A DNA stretch of 63,799 nt, the filler included, from Candidatus Fermentibacterota bacterium (lineage in GTDB: Bacteria > JAFGKV01): assembly GCA_016928395.1 (NCBI GenBank). It is 5 parts of 5 records of this genome, joined end to end, with 100 filler letters (N's around TTAATTAATTAA, not from the genome) between each part and the next. Parts side by side here need not be neighbours in the genome. Positions count along the whole stretch, not along the records: positions 1 to 28,537 come from JAFGKV010000154.1; 4 more parts are not named here. The stretch is one strand, 5' to 3'. Shown here piece after piece: positions 9,698 through 18,646 of the stretch. The notes below the pieces were generated by a model that was not told the origin of the DNA, made no database searches, and saw nothing but the letters and a program-made list of their open reading frames with translations. Positions within the stretch are counted from its first letter, which is position 1. Each line of letters begins with the position of its first letter. The position numbers were made by a program, and so were the translations under genes.

Positions 9698-10698
9698 GAC
9701 CGCAGGTAGTCCTGCTCTTCAATGAACCAGTGAATACCGAGGAACCGTCTGAGGTAGGAGTCATCGGTGAAGCCGAGGATATTGTCTCAGCACTGGAATC
9801 CAAAGGACACGCCGTGGAATCAAGGCCAGTCTCGCGCCAGACGCTGCTTCCGACCCTGAGTGAGTTGGAAGACCGCCGGGAATCAGTGGTCGTGTTCAAC
9901 CTGTGCGAAGGACTCAACGGTCATTCCCACCACGAGCCGCTGCTGGCGGGTCTCTTGGAGCTTCACAGGCTCCGCTTCACGGGGAGTCCCTCATCGACGC
10001 TCTCGTGGGCACTGGATAAGCGCGTTGCCAAGGCCATTCTTGGCTTCGCGGGAGTCCGCACTCCGGGAGCACAGGCGTTCTGCACCGCAGGCTCCATGGA
10101 CGAGATAAAGGAGTTCGCTCTGCCGGCCATCGTGAAGCCTGTCCGAGAAGACGGCAGCCTGGGCATCACCGCCGACTCGGTGGTGCATACCGCAGATGAA
10201 CTTCATGCCCGCATTCGCTGGGTCCTGGAGACCTATCGCCAGCCAGCTTTGGTGGAAGGATATCTGACGGGCCGGGAATTCAACATGTCTATCCTGGGCG
10301 AAGGAGACGACGCCAGACTTCTGCCGGTGGAGGAGATCCTGTTTGAGGGGTATTCGCCGGGAGAACCGCGCCTGCTCTCCTACGACGCCAAGTGGCGCGT
10401 GGGAAGCCATGATGATGTCCGTACCATCCCGAAATGCCCCGCCGCAGTGGATGGCAACCTGCGTGATGCGATGGAATCGCTGGCACTCACCACGTACCAA
10501 GCTTTCGGATGCAGGGACTATGCCCGAATCGACATCAGACTCGACGGCGGTGGAACACCCCATGTGCTGGATGTGAACCCAAACCCCGATATCTCACGGG
10601 TGGCCGGCATGGCCCTGGCGGTCACACAATCGGGCATGTCCTATGAAGAGTTTGTGGACAGTGTCGTGGAGGCAGCATGGAACCGAACGCCGTACTAG
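9694..10698 (+). CDS. D-Ala-D-Ala ligase-like ATP-grasp enzyme 2
   Basis: VFNLCEG, FTGS, KPVREDGSLGI, GREFN, SYDAKW and RIDIR...DVNPNPD; ATGA overlap with the previous gene. Confidence 0.88.
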   Translation: MRPQVVLLFNEPVNTEEPSEVGVIGEAEDIVSALESKGHAVESRPVSRQTLLPTLSELEDRRESVVVFNLCEGLNGHSHHEPLLAGLLELHRLRFTGSPSSTLSWALDKRVAKAILGFAGVRTPGAQAFCTAGSMDEIKEFALPAIVKPVREDGSLGITADSVVHTADELHARIRWVLETYRQPALVEGYLTGREFNMSILGEGDDARLLPVEEILFEGYSPGEPRLLSYDAKWRVGSHDDVRTIPKCPAAVDGNLRDAMESLALTTYQAFGCRDYARIDIRLDGGGTPHVLDVNPNPDISRVAGMALAVTQSGMSYEEFVDSVVEAAWNRTPY

Positions 10699-11168
10699 GC
10701 CCTTTGCACTCTGACCTTGTCGAGGACGTCGTGGCGATGGTAAGGGACACGGGCGTGTTCCGTCCCTGCGAGGTAGACGTGGCCGAGGAACTGCTCGAAG
10801 CGGCTGCCCTGGAGGGAGACGAGTCGGGTTACCTCGTACGGGTTGCTCTGGTGCAGGACAAGGTGGCGGGGTATGCATGCTGGGGCGCCACGCCGTGCAC
10901 GGAAGGCACCTTCGACCTGTACTGGATCGCCGTATCACCCGCCTATGGTCGACGCGGCGTCGCCGGGGCGCTCCTAAATGAGGTCGAGCAGGATGTAGTC
11001 TCACGCGGAGGCCGGCTGCTCATCGCCGAGACATCGAGCACCGAGCCGTACGAGGCTGCGCGTTCGTTTTACGTTCGAAGGGGCTTCCGGGAGGAGGCCC
11101 GGATTCCCGACTTCTATAAGCCGGGAGATGCGAAAGTGGTTTTCGTCAAAACTCTCTTGCAAAGCTAG
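10677..11168 (+). CDS. GNAT family N-acetyltransferase
   Basis: DLYWIAVSPAYGRRGVAG acetyl-CoA motif A, ETSS, FYVRRGF and IPDFY. Confidence 0.9.
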   Translation: MEPNAVLGPLHSDLVEDVVAMVRDTGVFRPCEVDVAEELLEAAALEGDESGYLVRVALVQDKVAGYACWGATPCTEGTFDLYWIAVSPAYGRRGVAGALLNEVEQDVVSRGGRLLIAETSSTEPYEAARSFYVRRGFREEARIPDFYKPGDAKVVFVKTLLQS

Positions 11169-11193
11169 AGAGTCAGGAGGGAGTGGAGGAACG

Positions 11194-12315
11194 ATGGAAC
11201 TCTGGCAGGAGTTCCTTGCCTCGGCGATTCGTACGCCCGCACAGCTCAGGCGATACTTCCCTGAGATCGATGTGGCGGCATTGGAGCGGGTTGCCGAGGT
11301 GTATCCTATGTGTGTCACCCCGTACTATCTGGGCCTTGTCCAGCGGATTGACGATCCCATAGCGAGACAGTGTATACCTGATCCCGTCGAGCTGGATTCG
11401 TTCGGTCTGGTGGCTGACCCGCTGGCGGAAGAGAGCATGAGCCCCGTGCCCTGCGTCGTGCATCGGTACCCGGATCGCGCGCTGTTTTTGGTCTCATCCC
11501 AGTGCGCCATGTACTGCCGGTTTTGCACGAGAAAGCGAAAGGTGGGCACGGACTGGGCCATCACCGATGAGTTGCGTCGCGAGGGCCTCGCGTACATTGC
11601 GCGAACCCCCGAAATCCGTGATGTGGTGGTCTCCGGGGGGGATCCGCTCATGCTGTCGGACGGCCTCATCGAAGGCGTTCTGAGCGGTCTACGGCGAATC
11701 CCCCACGTGGAGGTCATCCGCCTTGGCACTCGGACGCCCTGCACCCTGCCCCAGCGGATCACGCCTCGGCTAGTGCGCATGTTGCGGAAGTACCATCCGC
11801 TCTACGTGAACACGCATTTCGAGCACCCCAGGGAACTCACACCGGATGCGGTTCGGGCATTGACGCGTCTTGCGGATGCCGGCATTCCTCTGGGGAATCA
11901 GTCCGTGCTCCTGCGCGGCGTGAACGATGACCCCGCCGTGTTCCTGGAACTCAACAGAAGACTGCTGAGCGCGCGGGTGAAGCCCTACTACATGTTCCAA
12001 GCCGATCTCGTAGACGGGACCGCCCATTTCTGCACCCCGATTGAGACCGGCCTTGATGTGATACGCGGTCTCCGAGGCCACACGTCGGGGATGGCTGTTC
12101 CCCATTTCGTCATCGACTCGCCGGGAGGCGGCGGCAAGATTCCGATCCTCCCCCAGGAGTACGTCCGTCGGGAGGGGCGGCAACTCATTCTTCGGAACTA
12201 CCGTGGGCAGATCCACCTCTACTCGGATCGCACCGCAGAGCCGAACCCGTGTGAGGAGATCGCCGGGATGCCTGACCTGATCGAAGCCTTTGAGCCCTTG
12301 GCGGCCATAGGCTAG
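11194..12315 (+). CDS. kamA: KamA-family radical SAM/PLP aminomutase (lysine 2,3-aminomutase-like)
   Basis: HRYPDR, CAMYCRFC, SGGDPL, NQSVLL, YYMFQAD and VIDSPGGGGKIP (PLP lysine); RBS GGAGGA before ATG 11194. Confidence 0.9.
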   Translation: MELWQEFLASAIRTPAQLRRYFPEIDVAALERVAEVYPMCVTPYYLGLVQRIDDPIARQCIPDPVELDSFGLVADPLAEESMSPVPCVVHRYPDRALFLVSSQCAMYCRFCTRKRKVGTDWAITDELRREGLAYIARTPEIRDVVVSGGDPLMLSDGLIEGVLSGLRRIPHVEVIRLGTRTPCTLPQRITPRLVRMLRKYHPLYVNTHFEHPRELTPDAVRALTRLADAGIPLGNQSVLLRGVNDDPAVFLELNRRLLSARVKPYYMFQADLVDGTAHFCTPIETGLDVIRGLRGHTSGMAVPHFVIDSPGGGGKIPILPQEYVRREGRQLILRNYRGQIHLYSDRTAEPNPCEEIAGMPDLIEAFEPLAAIG

Positions 12316-12327
12316 ACCTTTTCAGAT

Positions 12328-12363
12328 CACAGGGCGCCCGAACGTTTGTTCCGACGCCCTGTG
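12328..12363 (+). terminator. Stem-loop after kamA (possible terminator or 3' stabiliser)
   Basis: 9-bp inverted repeat CACAGGGCG/CGCCCTGTG; no U-tract. Confidence 0.35.
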
Positions 12364-12406
12364 CGTGTCTGGCCGACTCTGAGCGACGCCAACCCGCAGG
12401 TAAGGC

Positions 12407-12435
12407 TTGCACTCACCCCCTGAGGTGCCTATCCT
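12407..12435 (+). promoter_or_regulatory. Putative sigma70 promoter
   Basis: TTGCAC, 17-nt spacer, TATCCT, upstream of the SH3 gene. Confidence 0.5.
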
Positions 12436-12469
12436 CGGTGGATTCGGTCTTCAGCTCCTTTTCTGAGAG

Positions 12470-12793
12470 GTGCCAGTGCGATTCGGAGGAGTGACAGCGG
12501 TGGCGGTGATGCTGGCATGCGCCCCGCCGGCGGCGGTGCTGCCGCCTCAGTCGGCGGCGCCGGCCCAGGGCGACGTCGTCGCGCCGCCACAAGCTCCCAC
12601 CATTGCGGTGGCGGCGAAAAAGGGACGTACGTACGCCAATATCCGCCTATTCGCGGACAGCAGAAGCCCAGTAATCGCGAAAGTGCCCGTGGGGACCGTG
12701 CTCAACACCTTTGGCTGTGATGGCCCGTGGCATCAGGTCCAAGTTCCCGCCACAGGGGCCCTTGGCTGGATTCACTCAGTCTACCTCGAGTAG
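12470..12793 (+). CDS. Small lipoprotein with a bacterial SH3 domain
   Basis: MLAC lipobox-like signal, Pro/Ala linker, ANIR...S.VI..V..G..L...G.W..V...GWI pattern; start uncertain. Confidence 0.75.
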   Translation: MPVRFGGVTAVAVMLACAPPAAVLPPQSAAPAQGDVVAPPQAPTIAVAAKKGRTYANIRLFADSRSPVIAKVPVGTVLNTFGCDGPWHQVQVPATGALGWIHSVYLE

Positions 12794-12799
12794 CCACTC

Positions 12800-13138
12800 G
12801 TGGCTCATTGTCCTGCGTGCAGCCGTGCAGCGCCCCTGCGCCAAGTGCTACAACTATCTCCCGCCGGCGCATTTATCTGCCCGGCGTGCAAAGCAGAATC
12901 ATGTATGGATCAGGGAAGGTTCCGGTTGGCCGCAGGGGCCTGCGCCTACCTGACATGTATCGTGCCGTTGTGCGCCTGGCTCATCTCGGGCCGGCTGGGC
13001 ATCACCGTGGGAGCCTTGGCGCTGTGGGGCCTCTTGAGCCCCTCGGCGTATGCGTCGTGGACTATCCTGCGGCTGGCTCCTCGCCCCCCCATGGCCCATT
13101 CTCTTCGAGGAGAGGATGCGGATCGCCAAGGAGCGTGA
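12800..13138 (+). CDS. CxxC-x19-CxxC zinc-ribbon membrane protein (cxxc_20_cxxc-like)
   Basis: CPAC-x19-CPAC followed by two hydrophobic segments. Confidence 0.6.
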   Translation: MAHCPACSRAAPLRQVLQLSPAGAFICPACKAESCMDQGRFRLAAGACAYLTCIVPLCAWLISGRLGITVGALALWGLLSPSAYASWTILRLAPRPPMAHSLRGEDADRQGA

Positions 13139-14267
13139 GAAGCCGAACCATCGTTTCTCCCACCTCTGCATCCGGAGTCGATGCGCCGCCCGCAAAACCT
13201 ACGACGCGCTGAGGTCTTCCCGCGAGCCATGAAATGTCTGCCTCGATTGCATCCCGGCTCCCCTGCGGCTGGTGCCGGACTCTCCTCAGGGATAGTAGGC
13301 CCTCCGGGCCTTCCACGTGCACTGTGCGCACGTAGCCAGCGGCAAGCTCCGCCAGATGACGCGTATTGCTGCTCTCATGCCCTCCCACCACAATCATCAG
13401 ATCCAGCGAGCGTTCGGCCAGATGGCGCACGGCATCCTGATGCTCTTGGGTGGCGCGGCAGATGGTGCCGAAGCTTCGAAAGTATGTCGCTGCGTCGGCG
13501 CCGAATTGCCCCCTGGCAGCCGCACGGAGCACGTCGGCTATTTCCAGTGATTCGCGCGCCAGCATCGTGGTTTGGTTGACGAGACCAAGACGCTGAAGAT
13601 CGCGAGCCGGATCAAGACCCGGGCTGTGAAACCCGGGGGCAAGGAATTGGCCGGGAAGGGTGGAGTCCCCTCGAATTATGGCCTCCGCCAGAGCCTGTGC
13701 CCCCGCCACGTCGGGCACCACCACGTAGTGCCCTCCTCCTGCCGTGGCCCGCGACAGGGTGGCGCGTGTCTCGGGATGATCCGGCCTTCCGTGGAGCACG
13801 GTGGTGAATCCATCCCGGGCATAGGCCGCCACTCTCACCCACACGGCACGGACGCTGGGGCATGTGGTATCCACGATCCCTACGCCCGCATCACGGAGCT
13901 GTGCCTCTTCGGTCACGGTTGCCCCAAAGGCCGGTATGATGACCGTGTCGGATACGGAAAGGGCTGCCCACCAGCAGGGAGACTCCGCGTCAACGGTCTC
14001 TACTCCCTCGGCTTTAAGCCAGCGCCCGACAGTAGGATTGTGAATGATGGGGCGCAGGAGCAGGAGCCCGCGGCCGGAAGAAAGCGACACGTGGGCACGG
14101 TCGACCATTGCAAGGGCGCGTCGCACGCCCTTGCACATTCCCGTTTCCCGTGCCAGAACCAACTCCGTGGCCCCGGCCTGGACACACCCATGGCGCCGAA
14201 GATACGCGATGAGGGGATTGGGGCCGAGGGGGCTTTTCACGGCGGTGGAAGCGGTTGCGCCTCCCAT
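13062..14267 (-). CDS. ispH: 4-hydroxy-3-methylbut-2-enyl diphosphate reductase
   Basis: GMCKGV, IIHNP, PAFG, DTTCP, HPET, NQTT, TICRATQE and SSNT. Confidence 0.9.
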   Translation of the reverse strand: MGGATASTAVKSPLGPNPLIAYLRRHGCVQAGATELVLARETGMCKGVRRALAMVDRAHVSLSSGRGLLLLRPIIHNPTVGRWLKAEGVETVDAESPCWWAALSVSDTVIIPAFGATVTEEAQLRDAGVGIVDTTCPSVRAVWVRVAAYARDGFTTVLHGRPDHPETRATLSRATAGGGHYVVVPDVAGAQALAEAIIRGDSTLPGQFLAPGFHSPGLDPARDLQRLGLVNQTTMLARESLEIADVLRAAARGQFGADAATYFRSFGTICRATQEHQDAVRHLAERSLDLMIVVGGHESSNTRHLAELAAGYVRTVHVEGPEGLLSLRRVRHQPQGSRDAIEADISWLAGRPQRVVGFAGGASTPDAEVGETMVRLLTLLGDPHPLLEENGPWGGEEPAAG

Positions 14268-15559
14268 GCGGGCACAACGGAGTCAGCCGGCGACGGCAGC
14301 AGGCAGACCAGCGGCGGCGTCAACGGATTGCCAGCCAGATCCCGGGCCCCCGATAAGACGGCCAGCAGGCGCCGATCGGGCGGGAGGAGCCCCGAGGCTG
14401 ACCAGGCCAGTACCTGCATATCACGCCACACGGCCACACCAGGCACAGGCCTAAGTCCCGGCGCCTCTAAGATTGTCAGGCTGTCTCTTCCCGACTCCTC
14501 CATTGGTTCAGTGAACATAATCCACAGCCGCCCCGGCTGCGCGTCGTAGAGCAGGCGATACACTGCCGGGGGGACGGTATCGGCAAGGCTCGTCCCCACA
14601 AAGGTGAGCGCCGTGTCGGCAAGAGAGAGGCCCGCGGAGTCGAGCACGTCGGATGCGGTGACGACCATGAGGTCGTCACGAAGTGACCCACGCAGCAGGA
14701 GACGGACCGCGGCGGGATCGGCCGCCGACAGGTTCACCGACTGGATAGGATAGCCAAGGCCGGCGGTGTCGTGGAGCGCGAATGCTGCACTTCGAGCTTC
14801 CCTGAGTGCTTCAGAGAACCCAATGCGGATAGAACGCGAATGGTCTACGCGTACATCCCTGGCCACGGGAGGCGCCGTGTCTTCCGGCGCCAATGCCAGA
14901 CGTACGAACGCGGCTGAGTCCGGCGGCACCTCCACCGTCAGTGCCGCCCACGGTTCTATGCCACGACGATATGCGCGGTCGCCGTCATTATCGGCGAAAG
15001 CCTCTATGTGCCACATCCCCGGGGCAAGGCCGGCGGCAACAAATCCGCCGGAGGCGTCGGTGAGGCAGGTCCACCGGAGGGCAGAGTCATCTCTTGTGGC
15101 CGTGACCACCGCCCCGGCCGCCGGGCTGGCCCCCGTCACCGCGGTTCCCTCGACCCGCGTCGAAAGCCCGGTGCCTGTGGAAAACCAGAGCCCAAACGCC
15201 TCCTCCATGGGGAGGCCGTGTCGATCCAGCGCTCCCGGCCCGATCCATACCCAATGGACGACATCGGGAAGCCATCCCCTACGGGGGAGCAGCGTGAGCG
15301 TGGTCCCATCCCATGTCTTGTCGACGCGGACCGTGTCCGGACTGACGATCACGCGGTCCTCAACGGTAGACCGCTGCACGGGCTCACTCCACGTAAGGGT
15401 CACGGCGGAGTGAGCCGTGACGCTGTCCGCGCCGGCCACAGGGCTCCACAGCGTCACAAAGGGGCCGGTCTTGTCTTCAGGGCCTCCGCCTGGGCGCCCC
15501 TTCTTGGCGCAGCCTAGCAGCAACGCCACAAGAAGCAGCCCGACGACGGCGTGTTTCAC
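14237..15559 (-). CDS. Ig-like (Big_5) domain lipoprotein
   Basis: Lipobox LLGC followed by PGGGPEDKTGP, with repeated D..PP...FSE Ig modules; GTG 15559 overlaps the argF stop. Confidence 0.8.
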   Translation of the reverse strand: MKHAVVGLLLVALLLGCAKKGRPGGGPEDKTGPFVTLWSPVAGADSVTAHSAVTLTWSEPVQRSTVEDRVIVSPDTVRVDKTWDGTTLTLLPRRGWLPDVVHWVWIGPGALDRHGLPMEEAFGLWFSTGTGLSTRVEGTAVTGASPAAGAVVTATRDDSALRWTCLTDASGGFVAAGLAPGMWHIEAFADNDGDRAYRRGIEPWAALTVEVPPDSAAFVRLALAPEDTAPPVARDVRVDHSRSIRIGFSEALREARSAAFALHDTAGLGYPIQSVNLSAADPAAVRLLLRGSLRDDLMVVTASDVLDSAGLSLADTALTFVGTSLADTVPPAVYRLLYDAQPGRLWIMFTEPMEESGRDSLTILEAPGLRPVPGVAVWRDMQVLAWSASGLLPPDRRLLAVLSGARDLAGNPLTPPLVCLLPSPADSVVPAWEAQPLPPP

Positions 15560-16473
15560 CGCGTACCCATCAGAACATGCAGGAGGGCGCGCTGGAGGTG
15601 GAGCCTGTTCTCCGCCTGTTGGAACACGATGGCCCGGGTCCCGTCCATGATGGAGTCGGTGATTTCCTCCCCGCGATGGGCGGGCAGGCAATGCATGACC
15701 ACCGCGCCAGGCGAGGCGGCGTCCACCAGCGCATCGTTCACCTGGAACCCGACGAAACGTGCGAGCCGCTCCTGGCGCTCTGCCTCTTGGCCCATGGATG
15801 CCCATACGTCGGCATAGACCACATTGGCACCTTTCACTGCCTCGGCGGGGTCATTCCCCACCACCAGCCGGTTGCCGATCTCCCCATGGGCCGCGTCCAC
15901 AATCTCCCGCGTGGGCTCATACCCCGGGGGCGTGGCAATGGCCAGAGAGATGGGGGTCCTGCGGGCGCTGTTTATGAGGCTGTGGGCCACATTGTTCCCG
16001 TCGCCGATATACGCCACCCGTATGCCCTCCAAGGTGCCGAAGTGCTCGTCGATTGTCATGAGATCGGCCAGGGCCTGACAGGGGTGGTAGAGATCGGTCA
16101 GCCCATTGATGACCGGGATCGTCGCGTGAAGTGACAGCTCCTCGACTTCGCTGTGGGCAAAGGTACGAATCATGATACCGTCGATCATCCTGGACAGCAC
16201 ACGGGCAGCATCGGAGACCGCTTCGCGTTTGCCCAACCCCACCTCTCCGTGGGTGATGTACATGGCATGTCCGCCCAGCTGGACCGCGGCCACCTCGAAG
16301 GACACGCGGGTTCTGAGGCTAGGCTTGGCGAAGACCATGCCCAAGACCTTGCCCTTGAGTGAGTCTACCCTGCCCCCGTGACGGTAGACAGCCTTCAGGT
16401 CTTTGGCCAAGGCCAAGAGATCCGCAACATCCCCGTTTGTCAGGAGATCAATGGAAACTAAGTCCTTCTGCAT
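15556..16473 (-). CDS. argF: Ornithine carbamoyltransferase
   Basis: SLRTR, HPCQ, GDGNN, DVWASMG and HCLP; strong RBS before ATG 16473. Confidence 0.95.
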   Translation of the reverse strand: MQKDLVSIDLLTNGDVADLLALAKDLKAVYRHGGRVDSLKGKVLGMVFAKPSLRTRVSFEVAAVQLGGHAMYITHGEVGLGKREAVSDAARVLSRMIDGIMIRTFAHSEVEELSLHATIPVINGLTDLYHPCQALADLMTIDEHFGTLEGIRVAYIGDGNNVAHSLINSARRTPISLAIATPPGYEPTREIVDAAHGEIGNRLVVGNDPAEAVKGANVVYADVWASMGQEAERQERLARFVGFQVNDALVDAASPGAVVMHCLPAHRGEEITDSIMDGTRAIVFQQAENRLHLQRALLHVLMGTR

Positions 16474-17623
16474 CGCATCCTCCTTCTTCGTGCGCGTCGT
16501 CGTTGACGTAGGCATTTGTGTTGTGAGTCAGAATCCTTTGCACTGCCGCAGGCAGGTTCTCCACCACTACGACATCCCCGGCGCCTTCCCGCGCCCAGGT
16601 CACTCCGTGTCCGGTCTTCACGAGAATGCCGGTAGCCCCGATGCGGGCGGCGGCCTCCATGTCACTCTGGTGATCGCCAATCACCACCGAACGGGCAAGA
16701 TCAAGGCCCAGATCGTCCCGGGCGAGGAAGAAGAGCCCGGGACGGGGTTTCCTGCACCCGCATCCGTCCTCGGGCCGGTGGGGACAGACATACACTGCCG
16801 CAACACGTCCACCCGCATCTCGGATGCGTTCCTCCATGAGACGGTGAATGGTGCGAACCTCCTCGTAGGAGGCCAGTCCGCGTCCGATGATGCTCTGGTT
16901 CGTGACGATAACCACCGGAAGGTCATGGCGAGCCAGTTCGGCCAGTGCCTCGAGAGCACCGGGAAGGAACTGGAACTGCTCCCATCGGGTGACATACCCA
17001 TCGCCCGGGCCCAGAGCATTAATGACACCGTCACGGTCAAGGAACACGGCGGGTCGAAAGACGGGCGCCCGCCTCACCCGTTCCCGCAGTGCCACCGCTG
17101 CGGCATGCCCGATGACCAGATGCGCGTCTTCAATGCGTTCCATGCAATCATCGGGGACGATCACCGCAAGATCCACCATGCCGGCCAACCGGCCTCCCTG
17201 GAATCCCGTGAGGCCCGCAGTCACGGCGCCCATCGCCGCGGCATGCTCCACCGCACGCAGCACATTAGGAGAGTTACCGCTGCCGCTTATGGCGATCACC
17301 AGATCACCCGGCCGCACCAACCCCGCCAGTTGTTCCACAAAAACCCGCTCGTAGGAGGTGTCATTGGCCCACGCCGAGATCAAAGGCACATTATCCACCA
17401 GGGAAATCACCCTCAGGCGGCGATGCCCCGGGCTGGCTGTTCCCTTGCCGAGATCACATGCGAGGTGAGCCGCCGCTGCCGCCGAGCCGCCGTTGCCCAG
17501 CAGGAAAACGGTGGCATCGCGGCGCCAGGCTTTCTCCAGTTCTTCCACCAGGCGATCGATGTCGTCTCGCGGCATGTCCTCCAAGACTCGCGCCACGGCG
17601 CGAAGGTAGCTCTCACTGTTCAC
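16448..17623 (-). CDS. gmhA-gmhB: Fused phosphoheptose isomerase (GmhA, SIS) and heptose-1,7-bisphosphate phosphatase (GmhB, HAD-IIIA)
   Basis: N-half GNGGSAA, ANDTSY and ISGSGNS; C-half FLDRDGVIN, TNQS, CPH..CGCRKP and IGD. Confidence 0.88.
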   Translation of the reverse strand: MNSESYLRAVARVLEDMPRDDIDRLVEELEKAWRRDATVFLLGNGGSAAAAAHLACDLGKGTASPGHRRLRVISLVDNVPLISAWANDTSYERVFVEQLAGLVRPGDLVIAISGSGNSPNVLRAVEHAAAMGAVTAGLTGFQGGRLAGMVDLAVIVPDDCMERIEDAHLVIGHAAAVALRERVRRAPVFRPAVFLDRDGVINALGPGDGYVTRWEQFQFLPGALEALAELARHDLPVVIVTNQSIIGRGLASYEEVRTIHRLMEERIRDAGGRVAAVYVCPHRPEDGCGCRKPRPGLFFLARDDLGLDLARSVVIGDHQSDMEAAARIGATGILVKTGHGVTWAREGAGDVVVVENLPAAVQRILTHNTNAYVNDDAHEEGGCDAEGLSFH

Positions 17624-18627
17624 TCACAACCTCCACCTCTTCCCATCTGCAGGGCCAGGGCTCGCTGCACCACGTCAATCTCGGCGTAAGGACGCCCCAT
17701 GAGCCGTGCAAGATTGGCGCGAACAAGCCTCGCAAGGAGCAAGCCGGACAAAAGGAGACGATGCGCCAGCAGGGCGTTGCGCCCATAGTGCTTCCGTATG
17801 AACCGATGCTTTCCCTTGTAGAACTGCAGCACCAAACCTCTGCCCCAAAGCTTGCTCACCGTCTGGCTGCCGAAGTGGGTCACCAGAGCATCAGAGAGAA
17901 ACCACGTCTCCCATCCTGCTTGACGAAACCGGTAGCACCAGTCGGTCTCCTCGTGGAAAATCGGGTATCCCTCGTCCTTGAGACCGATCTGCTCTACTGC
18001 ACTCCGGCGCACCAAGATGCAGGCGCCAATCACCCAATCAACCCCGCACGGGCTGTCGTGATCCCAGTACTCCAGTACCGCATGCCGGCGCCACGAGTTG
18101 GGCATACGCCGCCAGGGTAGCAGATGCTGCAGCACCAGACGCCTGTTGGTCAGGAAGTTCCGGCAGGAAGGTTGCAGCGTACCGTCGCCGTTGAGAAGCC
18201 GCGGGCCGACCACAGCGACCCGGGGATTCTCCCGTAGGAAGGCCACCAACCGATCCACGGCACCGGCATGGAGGACTGTGTCGGGGTTAAGGCAGAGAAG
18301 GAACTCCCCGCGGCTAACCAGAATCGCCTGATTGGTGGCGCCCGTGAACCAGTTGTTGAACCGATTGGCGATGAGCATCACATCCCGGGCATGCTCCAGG
18401 GCCTCCACCGAACCATCGGTGGAGCCGTTGTCCACCACGATGATCTCGTACGGAATCTCCACGGTGTCCCGCACGGAACCCAGGCATCCCAGCAGAAGGT
18501 CTCTGCTATTGGTGTTCACGATCAGGATAGAGAGGGGGAGTGAGGGGGTTATCCGGGGCAGTGCCTCCTCCGGCGCACAGGGAGAGGAGCCCAAGGTCGC
18601 GGCAGTGATGGGACGAGCTGACGGCAT
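17620..18627 (-). CDS. Glycosyltransferase family 2 (WbbL/GT2-like)
   Basis: VVDNGSTDGS, LNPDT, GACILVRR and EETDWCYR. Confidence 0.92.
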   Translation of the reverse strand: MPSARPITAATLGSSPCAPEEALPRITPSLPLSILIVNTNSRDLLLGCLGSVRDTVEIPYEIIVVDNGSTDGSVEALEHARDVMLIANRFNNWFTGATNQAILVSRGEFLLCLNPDTVLHAGAVDRLVAFLRENPRVAVVGPRLLNGDGTLQPSCRNFLTNRRLVLQHLLPWRRMPNSWRRHAVLEYWDHDSPCGVDWVIGACILVRRSAVEQIGLKDEGYPIFHEETDWCYRFRQAGWETWFLSDALVTHFGSQTVSKLWGRGLVLQFYKGKHRFIRKHYGRNALLAHRLLLSGLLLARLVRANLARLMGRPYAEIDVVQRALALQMGRGGGCE

Positions 18628-18646
18628 TCCCTATGGCCTGCCTTCT

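Noticed and set aside
12470-13138. TAG read-through fusing the SH3 and zinc-ribbon ORFs (same frame, 6 nt apart)
   Set aside because: Each is a complete, separate protein type. Sharing a frame has a 1-in-3 chance, and no pyl genes are in view.
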